Below are positions 25,411 to 37,420 of a stretch of DNA of 64,000 nucleotides, one piece after another. The stretch is from contig NW_024704743.1 in assembly GCF_018977255.1 (NCBI RefSeq), forward strand, positions 114,392,001 to 114,456,000, written 5' to 3'. The stretch is from Callorhinchus milii (lineage: Eukaryota). Numbering within the stretch: position 1 is the first letter of the stretch; every line of letters starts with the position of its first letter. The translations under genes were made by a program, and so were the position numbers. The notes beneath the pieces are model-generated. The model did not search any database. It was not told where the DNA came from and was given only the letters and a program-made list of their open reading frames with translations.

Positions 25411-26819
25411 TTTTACAAATATCATTCATCTAGAGCTAGATACTTATCACTTTTGTTTTAATGGGATTTACCCATAAAGAAGCACACACTGCCAAATGCA
25501 GTAAATTTCCTGATGGTCGAAAACTTGTCCCAGAGTTCTTACTATTACACAAAAGTTACCCGTTAATTTTTATCATAATTGTCCGATGCATGAAAAATAA
25601 ATGTTCAGCCAGACACTACTGCCATATTCAAGTTAGAAAAATGCTTGACACGTTCCAACAATTTTTTTTATATAAAGAGAAATTCAATAATTCTTTTGAA
25701 ATGTCCAAGACACTTAAAAATATGCATCCGGTGCTTTTGATTTCTGACAGTTTGAAATTACAGGGTAGTGAGGTCATTAAAAACAGATACAGTCTCTTCA
25801 CATGTGGAACTTTGGTGTATGAAGTATGATCCTCCTTTAAGGCACTATTTTGAGTTAAGTCATTAACACAAAACAGGCTTAGAACTCTAATTTCTTCCAG
25901 AGGATTCTATTAACTCTGAACCGAACACTGCATTGAACTTGTTGCGCAATCACAGGGACTTAGTGTTTATTTAGGAAAGTTCTGGTTAAGAACAGGACTC
26001 CCAACACTTAATAAATTCATTATCTTTGGGTCAAAAGTGTAGTTCACAACATTACACATGCATCAAAATCTGTTGCTGGAGGTATTGGCCAGTGAAACGA
26101 ACCATAACCTGGATCATCAAAGTCATATATCCTTCAGAATCAAACCATGATTCATGAAGTGTTACATACAACACCTTTGCATCTTCGCTTCCATTTATCC
26201 AGAACAACATATTTAAAACACATGTGTCCATGATGGTGCATTGCACTTTTCTTAACAAAGAAATTAATTCCTTTGCAGACTTAAGTTTCAGTACGCACAT
26301 ACCTGATAAAAGAAATATCTTTGGTTCAATGATATATCAGACTCTGTTTTATATTGTCAGTGCTAAAGGTTTCCACGCTACCTCTCAAGAATCTGTTTGA
26401 AACAAGATCAAAAGGAAATTATAACTGCTAGAGAAGGAACCAGTCAAATTCAGTAAGATTTGCGATCAGGAAAAACCAACCATTTCTGGGCATTTTGCCT
26501 GTGTACTGGACATTTGCAATATTTCAGTAGAAAAATAAATTACATTTTTATTGCAACTTGTCACAGAAAAACACTTCTCAAAGCATCTGAAAACATCTCC
26601 TCTCTACCTTGAAAAGTATGCTTAATTCAACCTCACAAGAGCAGCTCTTGCGAGGTTCAGTGTGATGTTTTCCTTTGCTCTGACCAGTCACCTTCAAAGT
26701 CTATCTGAGCAAGATTGGCAACTCAGTGTTCCAACGTGTGCCAACCCTTCAACAGTCATATGTTGTGGATGTACCCCCAATAGGAAATAATTGAGATCAT
26801 TAAATGCATTCATTATTAT

Positions 26820-27060
26820 TAATAATAATCCTTGCATTTGATATAGTACGTTATTAAGTCATTAAATGTCTGCAAGTGGCTCATAGGATTTATGTAAAGT
26901 GGAGTGACTGTGTATTTTGTAGGGCCACCATACCAGGAGAAACTCTCTTCACTTTTCGAATGGTCCCATAAGACTTCAATATCCATCTGGACAGGCAGTC
27001 AGGTCCTGGATTTATGGCCTCATATGATTGACGGCACCTACGACAAAGCAGCAAACCTTT
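26820..27060 (-). mobile_element. Degenerate Deu-type SINE fragment
   Basis: AATAATAATCCTTGCATTTGATATAG tail plus core remnant. Confidence 0.6.
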
Positions 27061-27084
27061 ACTACAGTACTTACAAGTCCCGCA

Positions 27085-27276
27085 TGGGGTCTACTTTATG
27101 GCATTGCTCAATGGAATTCCCTCTCGATCCATGAGAACTCCACTCAGAAATTACATTAGAATGGGAGTTTCCAAGAATTGGCATTACATACTTCCAGTTA
27201 TGCAGGAGTTCTCATTTGCCCAACCATATTCCTTTATTAATGGAATCCTGCTAAGAAATAGCACAAATTAGATCCA
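27085..27276. mobile_element. MITE-like palindromic element
   Basis: Imperfect terminal inverted repeats (TGGGGTCTACTTT / AAATTAGATCCA) and a perfect internal 11-bp inverted repeat ATGAGAACTCC (27131) / GGAGTTCTCAT (27205). Confidence 0.45.
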
Positions 27277-28874
27277 GTGCCATCACGACCGGGTAAATAT
27301 TCTATTGAGATTACCATATTGAATATAATGATATATAATATGCTGCATTGCAGTTGACATCAGACATGTAAAGTCAACTTAAGGTTTCTGAGCTTACCTA
27401 AATTACTCAGTGTTATATGAGGAGATTGTCATCAACTGAATGTTATATGATCAACTCCATATGTCCCACCAGGAGCACCTATAATATTGAAAATACATTT
27501 TCTAAGTAGCACTATTTTCTTACAACCTCTCCAATCCATATTATTAACTTCAATATGCTTTCATGACACATATCCAGTCCAACAATCAAGATGAAGCATT
27601 GAAAATATTTAACAAAAGGACATTTCTGTGTATCTCTGCAAACAAAGACGAACACATCAAATATGTACATTTTTGACTCAATTTACCTTTCTTGTTAGAG
27701 AAAGAGAAAATGCTAAATTAGTTGCAAATATTAAACTTGACAATAGATTATTTGGGGGGATTTTCCAGGCAAAAAGATAATTACAGCGATACACAGATAT
27801 GAAGAGCATTTTTTTAAATAAAAGCAGTATTCACAACCAGACAAAATATATATTTGGAGCATCACGGTAGGTAATGAGAAAATAACATTAGAAACAATTT
27901 AGCAGCCATTGACTTGGACGTGCAATGTCAGAAAACATTAGCATTGTTTGCTTCAGTAACCTTGTTTCACCTCATCATGTATCTCAAACAAAGACGAACA
28001 CATCAAATATGTACATTTTTAACTCAATTTATCTTTCTTGTTCCAAAGTCTTTCTTTTCTTTAGTTACAAAATAAAAGCAGAATGCACACTGATTTTGTA
28101 TCAAAAACAGGAAAAAGAAGCAAAGTAAAGAAAAACCTTCAATTGTTATATGTACAAGATACAAATCGAGATGAGGATGCATTACCAGAACCCCGCTACT
28201 GCAGTAAAATCCAGTGTATGTACCCGAAATATGACATCTATTTAAATCCTCCAATAAACCCTCTAATGTGGCTAGTGTAGCACCACTGATCATTTGACAC
28301 CAATGTAATTTGTACAACATGCACAGCAATAAGAGTGGAACGTATACACCAGGTTTTACAGCAAATGGTTACAGCAAACATATTGAAATAAATGCAAGAA
28401 ATTCTTGATCAGAGGCACAACTATGAATGAAACAATCAAATTTATCCCCAGTTGTCTTTCTCCCCCTGTAAGCTGTGCAGTCTGTCCGCTACACTTTGAG
28501 TCTGTCATACTTTATATTGCATTCACTCCATCCAATTGTAAGTGTTGAAACAAAGCATTGTTTCTGTTCCTATGTAATTTCTTAATAACAGGCAGTGTCT
28601 GTACTTTATAAAAATATAAAACTTCTGTAGCTTTAATTCAATGTACAGAGGATATTAAATTTTCCCTTTGTCTTCAGTTAGTTGCATATTCAGTGTTGTC
28701 ATGCCCTTCTGTTGAATCTTTGCATCAGATCATAAACCTTGGAGAAACAGAAAGCACAATAGTTTTTGCACTGAATTATATGTAGAATTATGATAAATGT
28801 AATGTTTTACTTTAATGTACAGTACATTGTTCTGACCCATAGGATGTACCGGGAGCAGCAGTTCTTCTTAACTC

Positions 28875-29170
28875 AACAACAACAACAAATTACATTTGCA
28901 CAAAGCCTTTCCCATTGGAAGGAGGTCCAAATGCACCGAACAGCCAAGGATGTTCCCCCGAGCTGGAGGATTGGATTAGGAGGGGCGGAGGGAAGGGAGG
29001 TAGAAGGGTGACCAAAGGTGCAGTCAAAGAGGAAGGTCTTGAGATGATCTTTGAAGGAGGCAAGGGAGGGGCCAAGGCTAAGAGTCTGTGGGATGGAGTT
29101 CCACAGGGTGGGAGCAGAAAGGTTCAAGACCCGACCGCCGATTGTGGGGTGGCAAGGACAGAGTCTGCTG
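28875..29170 (-). mobile_element. L2 LINE 3' fragment
   Basis: SAPTLWNSIPQTLSLGPSLASFKDHLKTFLF; (AAC)n tail. Confidence 0.85.
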
Positions 29171-29283
29171 AGTGGAGGGAAGCGGACAGGCTGCTATGGG
29201 GTTATCAGGTCAAGACACTAGCAATCAGCAGGATTCGTACTTACACAAGAAATTTCTCAATGGATTTCTAATCTATTGCCTTA

Positions 29284-29374
29284 GCCACAACAACAACAAC
29301 AACTTGGATTTATATAGGGCCCTCTACACCAGATGGCATCTGGAGGGTGCTATATAAATCCAAGTTGTTGTGGC
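29284..29374. repeat. Fold-back palindrome built from an L2 3' tail
   Basis: Arms CAACAACTTGGATTTATATAGGGCCCTC and GAGGGTGCTATATAAATCCAAGTTGTTG; central CCAGATG/CATCTGG. Confidence 0.9.
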
Positions 29375-30249
29375 CACTCGGCCACAATACTGATATTAAC
29401 CTTCTGAGCAAAAGTGCTATTAGATATGGTGGTCCTAATTAGACAAGCAGTGGGAAGCTTGCCAAACAGTGCTCTCAAAGGTATGCTATACAGTGCTATT
29501 TAATTAAACACCAGCAGTACCCCAATGTACATTTTGGAGTTCCCCAACCCTTGACTCTTGCCATTCTGTGCCCAATACTAATAGCAACAACAACTTGTAT
29601 TTATATAGTGCCCTTCATGCAGGGTAGCATCCCGGAATGTTTGTAATTAGATAGCCAGGGCAAAACTAATTAGGATAGATACTAAATAGATAACTAGGGT
29701 GTATCCCTCCAGGGAGAGAATATGCATTCAATTCCAGTAGCAGAGAAATTTCCATGTGTCGGTGGCCTACAATGTACGGAATTTTGAGTCTGGACAGGAT
29801 ACTGTTATGCATAATTTGTCCTGTTAAGCATGTATAAGACACCCGGCTGAACGAGAAGAAAATGTATAGGGCAAAATAATGATAGATATGGAATGAAACA
29901 GAGTTTGTCACCTCCTATTATGCTAATCGGTTTTTTGTTTAATGGTCTCTTCGATAAGTACTTTAAGGGCTGTGATACGGTTGCATTGTGGAATTTTGGG
30001 ATGATCTTTTTCTGGAGGTTTCTATGAACCTAATTTGCCTTATTTCTTAATGAAATTCCAAAGTAAGCAATACTATTAGAACTCCAATCAAACTGTGGAA
30101 TCTGTGCCTGAGAAGAAGATCACAAAGGAGCAGAGTTCCTTTGGGTTCACATGATGGACTTCCAGTTAACTCAAAGAGTCCCCATTTCTGCGATTCAATG
30201 TCTTAATTAAGACTTAATTAATGCTGCAAAATGGAACTCTACATTCCAG

Positions 30250-30620
30250 GACATTTCAAACCTATTTAGGTGTTGAATGATAAAGAGAGCGTAAATACAG
30301 AGAATCCATTCTGGTGATAGAATCCATAACCAGGACATAATCTTATAATTCAAGCTGGGCCAGTTAGGAGTGAAATCAGGCAGTGTTTTTTTTTAACACA
30401 AAAAGTTGTGGAAATCTGGAATTCTCTCCCTCAAAAGGCTGTGGATGCTGGACTAATTGGAATTTTCAATAATGAGATGGATAGATATTTGTTAGGTAAT
30501 GGTATCAAGGATTATGGAGAAAAAATGTCTAATTGGAGTTGAAGTATAGATCAGCCATGATCTAATAGAATGGTTTAACAGGCTCGAGGGGCTGAATGGC
30601 CTACTCCTTTTCCTATGTTC
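30250..30620 (+). mobile_element. CR1 3' fragment
   Basis: TTTAACACAAAAAGTTGTGGAAATCTGGAATTCTCTCCC...GGGCTGAATGGCCTACTCCTTTTCCTATG. Confidence 0.85.
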
Positions 30621-30699
30621 CAGCGGTATATTGCTTTATTCTTGATTTTACTACCCAGTCCCAATAGGACATTTCTGAAGCACAGGCATTGGCATCCAG

Positions 30700-31201
30700 A
30701 ACAACAACAACAACAACAAGATTCCATTTATAGAGCGCCTTTCACGTCAGGAGGACGTCCCAAGGCGCTGCACAGTTGGGTCATGACCCGAGCAGGGGGG
30801 AAATGGTCAGGGTGAGGGGAGGGAAGGGAGGGAGAGAGGAGGGGGAAATGGTCAGGGTGAGGGGAGGGAAGGGAGGGAGCGAGGAGGAGGAAGAGAGTCG
30901 AGAGGGGAGCTGAAGGCACGGTCAAAGAGAAAGGTTTTGAGACCAGCCTTGAAGGAGGAAAGGGAGGAAGCAAGGCGAAGGCACTGGGGGATGGAGTTCC
31001 AGAGCCTCGGGGCTGAGAGGCTGAAGGCCCGACCACCGATAGTAGGGCGGTTGGGGCGGGGGACGTGGAGCAGACCGGAGCCAGAGGAACGGAGGGTACG
31101 GGCAGGTAGGTAGGGGGATAGTAGGTTGGAGAGGTAGGAGGGAGCAAGGCCGTGAATGGCCTTGTAGGTGAGGATGAGGATCTTGAAATCAATCCTCTGG
31201 G
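30700..31201 (-). mobile_element. Young L2 3' fragment with an internal 45-bp tandem duplication
   Basis: Very similar to 59777-60225. [27 protein letters not shown]...; duplicated unit 30796-30840/30841-30885. Confidence 0.95.
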
Positions 31202-33115
31202 CAAGAACAGGGCAAGAAGCCAATCTCTGCTCAACATAAAGGGAGTGGGACAAAACAGACCCACCACATAGGTACCTGAGGGGGTCTCCTCCAGTCAGCA
31301 ATCCTAGCATAGTAGACCTCCAGCAGACCACTCCCTCACCAGGAAATTCAGGGAATTATTTCTCTGGTAGAAGAAACTGCAAACACCTTTTTTATGGGGT
31401 TTCTAGGCAGTAGTTTGGATTGAATGTTCTACTTCTAGAGGATATTTCAGTTTTAAGCAATGTATCTTCTAGCCCAAGCAGTAGGTGTTTTCTTCCATGC
31501 AGGTCATGAGTTCAAAGAAAAACAACAGCTTCTATCACAAATTGTAAGTTGCAGTGTTCATGTGGGTTAGACCCAGGACAACAAAACAAGATCATTGGTA
31601 TTGCTAGGACTGTAGGGTCACTGATGAAGATATTCTACACATTAACTTGACAGCAACAACACTGCCAGCAGGTCCAGCACTATTTCACATCTCTCAGCTT
31701 TCCTTATCCAGAGGTTCACAGAGTGGTGCGTCACCTGGTCCCTGCACCATGAATCATGTAATCACAAGTGAAATCCATAGCTTACATATCTACTAGTGTA
31801 CTTCAATTTTATAATTTTTTNCAGGTGGGAGGGAGTTGACTGAAGTACTTAAATATTTTTACAGTAGTAAACTCATAAGAAAACATCAGTTGTTTTGAAT
31901 TGACCATTTGAGCCTTTTGCTTATATAAACCATAATTCCTGTGAGATACAGCACTCTCACACTATCAAAAGAATACCACGTCTGCTTGGGTCTATAAGAT
32001 TTATTTCAACGTCTCATGATGAATTGACCTGACAGGGAATGATTCAGTTTTCCATATGCGGTTTCTTCACTGCTCAAGCAGGTAATCAGGCAATAAGTGC
32101 TTTTAATGTTGGTGCAAAGGGAAGCCTGTGAGTCTGGGTTAACAACCCAGATCTTGTCCTCCAGTAACTGCTGGCAACGTGAGTGAATTCCAGCCTGTTG
32201 TGGCTTCCCGCTGTAATCAATGGGAGCCAGAAATGATGGCAGGCAATGTGGAAGTGAACAGGGTTTAATCAGACCAAGATTACTTAGTCCTGTTTGCACT
32301 CACAGTCGCACACTATAGAGTTACTCTGCAAACAACTACAAGCACGATTGGTCTCTGCAAACTGTAAGATTCTAAAAGAAAATATTGGGAAAGACCGAAA
32401 ATCAGCCTCTAATAATTTCCCATTGACGAACTGACGACTTGACTTGATACAGATTTGCATGTAGTTTGGTTTCCTGTAACTTAATCGTAAACCCTAGCAA
32501 AAAATACAAAACATGTTTAGTTAATTTTGTAGTTATCTGGGATATCAGAGAGCCTTGGTCAAGACTTAGGGCTGAGCCAGAAATGGTTCTCAAAAACCTT
32601 CAGCTCCAACAGCTGAGTGCATTTATCCACATTGGACCTGCTCTGATTTTCCTTTCTCTGTCTCCCATACTCCTATACCTAAGGTGACATGCCCCATACC
32701 TCAGGCTTGATGACTTGACTCCTCCATCCCACACCTTTTCTTTATTATTTAGATGAACGGAAGTTATTACAGATGATTCGGTACAGATAAGATGAGCTGA
32801 ATGGCCTTCTTCTGTGCCATAAATTTCTATGGTTCTCTATGTATCTAATAGGGCACAATACACTCTATTTCCAAAGCCATACTAGATTGTATGAAACCCT
32901 CGCTGCTCAGGTATTACAGACAACCACGTTATTGCGCATCCCAGACTTGACTCAGGGAGCAAGTGAGAGGCAGGAGCTGAGTAATTTCGGGACAGAAACC
33001 AGGAACGTTTTCGTTACTAGAGGGTACTCACTGACTGGAACAGGTTGCCAGGTAAGGTGGTTGAGGCCACAGCATAGACTTTTTTAAAAAGTAGCTTGAT
33101 GTAGTGATGGGAGAC

Positions 33116-33800
33116 AACTACAACAACTTGCATTTATACAGCCCCTCACGCAGGCTAACGTCCCAGAGCGCTTGACAGTGGCAGAGCACAACGCCGAGCC
33201 TAGGAGAGGTGACTATCGACACGGTTGAAGAGGAAGGTTTTCAGGCATGACCTAAAGATGGGGAAGGAAGGAGCAAGGAGGAAGGAGGGAGGAAAAGTGT
33301 TCCAGAGTTTCGAGGCAAAGTAGCTGAAAGTGTGGCCATCAATGGTGGAACTGAGGGCACGAGGGACATGCAGGACAGAGCCAGTCGAGCAGAGGCAGCG
33401 GGTAATGGGTTGTGGAGTAAGCAGGTCGGAGAGGTAGAGAGGTACCAGGGCATGAAGGGATTTGAAATGAGTGTGAGGATCTTAAAATCAATCCATTCGA
33501 CAATAGAGAGCCAGTGGAGCCTGGCTAGAACTGGGAGTATGGAGTTTAGTACGGGTGGTAGAGTTTGGGATCTTGTGGATGGTAGAGCTGGGGAGACCAG
33601 AGCAGGGGGCATTTAAAAAGTCAAGTCGGGAGATGACGAACGTGTGGATGAGTGTTTTGGCTGCTTCTGGGGTAAGGTAGGGTGGGACGGTAGAGTGGGT
33701 GTTCTGGAGGGATGAGATTGCATGGGCAGAAGGGCCTTCTTTATCCAAACCAATCTTTGTGATCTTGTGGTTTGTGCTTCTTCCCAAGTGTGGCAGGCAA
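33116..33800 (-). mobile_element. L2 LINE fragment
   Basis: PYLTPEAAKTLIHTFVISRLDF; PVLARLHWLSIVEWIDFKILTL. Confidence 0.9.
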
Positions 33801-34631
33801 TCGAGGCTACATTGCAGTTTGGTTAATTTGTCTTAATGCAGGTTGTGGGCCCCAAGGGAGTTTTGGTCTCTAGTCAGAAGTGTTCAGCTTGAGACATGGG
33901 CTCCGACAATACCGAATGACTGTAGATATTGCAGTAATTGTAGCTGCTGAAAGATGGGACAATTAGGTGTGAAATTCAGTACTCGGAGAGGATGGTGAAA
34001 CACAGCACATCGAAGAGTGACAAGGTATCTCTTACCTAACTGTTTCACTCACTTGGAAACATGATCCAGGTGTAAAATGTTCTAATGACAGAGTGACTAT
34101 GCAGAAATACACGCTCATATATTGAGCAAGATCCCAATTATAATATTACACAATTTCTGCCTCTTACCATAATAGATAATAAAAATGTAATAATCCTCGT
34201 ATTTGATCCAACGCCTTTAACATCAGGAACATCTCTCAAAGCACTTCACAGGATTTACTGTAAAGTGCAACGACTGTGTATTTGTAGGCAAATGTAAGAT
34301 GTAAGATATTAAAGTGCAGATCACGCAAACATTAACCATTGAATGTTTGGTCCTTGCCCGAGTAACTAAAAACAGCTTCCGTTAAAACAAAAAAGGGAGC
34401 AGGTCCTCATTATAATGTTGTTATTCAGGTCTATAAATATCAGAACCCTGTTTGATTTTTTAACACCTGTAAGGTTGAAACATCTCAAAACCCTTCATAT
34501 GTAACTATTACTAAGTTTAATGACTGCATTTGTAGAAAAAGATTCCCTCCCCCCCCATCCTCCAATATGCCAAGTACCAGGAAAATCATGTTAATTAAAT
34601 TGTTGCTCTCAGTCGTCTTTTTATTAGATTA

Positions 34632-35062
34632 ATTATAATAATACTTGAATTTGATAATAGTGTCTTTCATGTCACTGGGGCATCTCAAAGTACTTCCCAG
34701 AATTTTTACTGTAAAGTGAATGACCGTGTATTTTGTAGGTGAAAGCAGCAGCCAATTTGCACACCGCAATATCCCACAACCAGCCATAAAGTAAATTACC
34801 AATTTTATCTGTTGGCCTGAAACCAGGAAAATCTCCTGTCTCTTTTCAAGTATTGCCATGGGATCTTTAATGTCCACCTGAACAGACAGATGAAACCTTG
34901 GTTTAACATCTCTTCCAAAGGATGGCAGCTCCAACAATGCAGTATACCCCCAGGACTGCACTGGAGTGTCAACCAAGATCGAGTTTATAATCCCAATGTG
35001 TGGCTTGAACTTGCAACCTTTTAACTCAGAGGAGGAGTGCTACCAACTGAACCAGACTAACA
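34632..35062 (-). mobile_element. Near full-length Deu-type SINE
   Basis: tRNA-like head at 34990-35060, Deu core (CTTTGGAAGAGATGTTAAACCAAGG..TTCAGGTGGACATTAAAGATCCCATGGCA), and L2-like tail. Confidence 0.85.
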
Positions 35063-35830
35063 TACAAAAGGACATCACTGAAAAAACAATTTTTGAAAAA
35101 ACAGAGATCTGAATTTACAATTTCAGTACAGCTCGAGTGTTAAAATTATCTGCAAAATATACATTTCCCATCTATCTTTAAAAATCTTGCAAATGCTGTA
35201 TTAAAATTGGCATTCTGTACAGCGAATGTTCAATCTTTAACAATTTCTTGCCAATGTTACTTATTTAAGAAAGCTTTTATCAATTACGTGATATCCCTGG
35301 AGATAACAAAGAATTACTCAGCCAGCAAACTATTTGAGGTATCATATATCTGTTGTCCAGCTCAGAAGATATGGCTAAATTTGTATTTGCACACCACATC
35401 TTCTCATCTTAACTCTGTTGCAAACAGTATACATAACATGCCCTGGACAGCATGCCTACACACAAGCCAATATCAAGTTTCTTACCAATTAGTTTTAAAC
35501 CAAATACTTCTTTCAAATGGTTCACAATATTCATGCAACATCAGTGAAACTATTAATTTTGCGTTCTGAAAGTCACCAGCACTTTCTCAGAGCAACAGAA
35601 GTTCTGTAACACTTGTGCTTGAAGAACCCAACTTTTTTTTTAAAAAAGACATAAAATAAGTTTGAAATACACATCTAATAGGGTTGCTCCAGAGGTTGGA
35701 TTTCATCAGTTTCAGATGGGCCAGCTGAGTGCAACAGTGGCCTGGGATGGGGATGGGGGAAGGGTTACATTGACTACCCCTCGGGCATACCCCCTAGTGG
35801 ATAAATAATGGAGGTGCTTGGATTCAACAT

Positions 35831-36025
35831 TAATAATAATAATACTTGCATTTGATATAGCGCTTTTCACATCGGGAGGACGTCCCAAAGCGCTTCACGG
35901 AACACACTGTAAAGTGAATTGACTGTATATTTGTGGGCGAACGCGGCAGCCAATTGCGCACAGCAATGTCCCACAAACAGTCGTAGATTGAAAATGACCA
36001 ATTTATTACTGTTTTGTTTTTTGGA
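35831..36025 (-). mobile_element. 5'-truncated young tRNA-Ala SINE
   Basis: Near-identical to 11804-12000. Confidence 0.9.
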
Positions 36026-36149
36026 TTCCTTAGTTGAGGTGACCATCAGAGAACTGATTCTCAAAGTTCTGATACTGCAAATCTGATTTCAGCTATGAAA
36101 TGCCTGTTTGATATTTCATTGTCCAAGAGATACTGGCCTTAAAAGGCAT

Positions 36150-36828
36150 TCCTTTCTAATTCACCAGATTGATACCTGGGATGAACAGGGATTACTTTGA
36201 TGGGATGACAGGCTGGATAAATTTGGGTTATCTTCCTTCCTGCTGGGAAGGTTAAGGAATGATTTGAATGAAAATTGTCCACTCACATATGTGAGGGATG
36301 CAAAGCAAGGGGGCGTGGTCTTCAAGTTAGAGTTAACTTAGAAGTGAAACCAGAAGACATTTCTTGACACAAAGAGTTGTGAGAATGTGGAATGCACTGT
36401 CTCAGAAGATGGTAGATACAGAATTGATTGGGATGTTAAACAGGGAGATAAGCAGCTAATTTGAAAGTAAGAATAATCAAGGAATGTAGAGAAAAGGATG
36501 GGGAGATGGGATTATACCTGCCATGATCTAATGGCAGTCCAAGTGAAGTCCTGTAGTTCAGTGGTTAGAGCACTCGCTTTGCAAGCGAGAGACCTGAGTT
36601 CAATTCCAGGCAGGGCGAAACCTTGGGCAAGTTTCCTTACTCCACACACCTAATAGTAATCCCTCCAAAAAACGAAACAGTAATAAATTCAATCTACGAC
36701 TGTTTGTGGGACATTGCTGTGCGCAAAGTCCACCCACAAATATACAGTCAATTCACTTTACAGTATATTCTGTGAAGCTCTTTGAGACGTCTAGAAGATG
36801 TGAAAAGCGCTATATCAAATGCAAGGAC

Positions 36829-36864
<36 letters not shown>

Positions 36865-36900
36865 GTATAGTGGGCTGAATGGCCTACTCCTGTTTCTATG
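36150..36900 (+). mobile_element. Old CR1 3' fragment interrupted by a SINE
   Basis: TTCACCAGATTGATACCTGGGATG...ACACAAAGAGTTGTGAGAATGTGGAATGC...; resumes after the SINE as GGGCTGAATGGCCTACTCCTGTTTCTATG. Confidence 0.75.
36545..36862 (+). mobile_element. Full-length tRNA-Ala SINE nested in a CR1 3' UTR
   Basis: Same head and body as 778-1106 with small deletions; long (ATT)n. Confidence 0.95.
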
Positions 36901-37240
36901 TCAATTAGAAACCTATCTTGTTTAAATCCTACGTAACAAATGGACCTTTTCAACTGCGCTTATGGACACCTCGGCCTTCCTCCCTTTCTGGGCATCCGAC
37001 AGTGTCCTTATTAAGCTTTCCAAGGTAATACTCTACATGAAGCATGCTATATAAATGCAGGTTGTTATTGTTCCTGCAATGTAGTGGAGCACCATCCCAC
37101 ATGTTGCACAATGGAATACTGGGACAGTAATTCATACTGTGTTTCCTGCGCTGTTCCATCACTGATCTGAACCATACCTCTTTGAGGAGAGGCTCAGCGG
37201 AAGTAAAGCATTTTTGCAACGGAAAGAATGGAAACAAAAA

Positions 37241-37420
37241 CAACTTGTATTTATATAGCGCCCTTCATGCGGGCCAGTGTCTCAGAGCGCTTAACAGTGA
37301 CGGAGCCTGAAGCTGAACTGGAGGTAGGAGGTGACCATAAGCATGGTCGAAGAGGGCGGTCTTCAGTCATGATCTAACAAAGGGAGCAAGGCAAAAGGAT
37401 TTGGGGAGAGAGTTCCAAAT
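37241..37420 (-). mobile_element. Short L2 3' fragment
   Basis: CAACTTGTATTTATATAGCGCCCTTCATGC...CTCAGAGCGCTT. Confidence 0.75.

Noticed and set aside
25461..25829. 122-aa ORF, and the similar 120-aa ORF at 35207-35569
   Set aside because: AT-rich, no recognisable domain or splice structure; expected by chance.
31821..31821. Single N in a ttttttncag context
   Set aside because: Assembly ambiguity or collapsed gap, not a biological signal. Distances across it may be uncertain.
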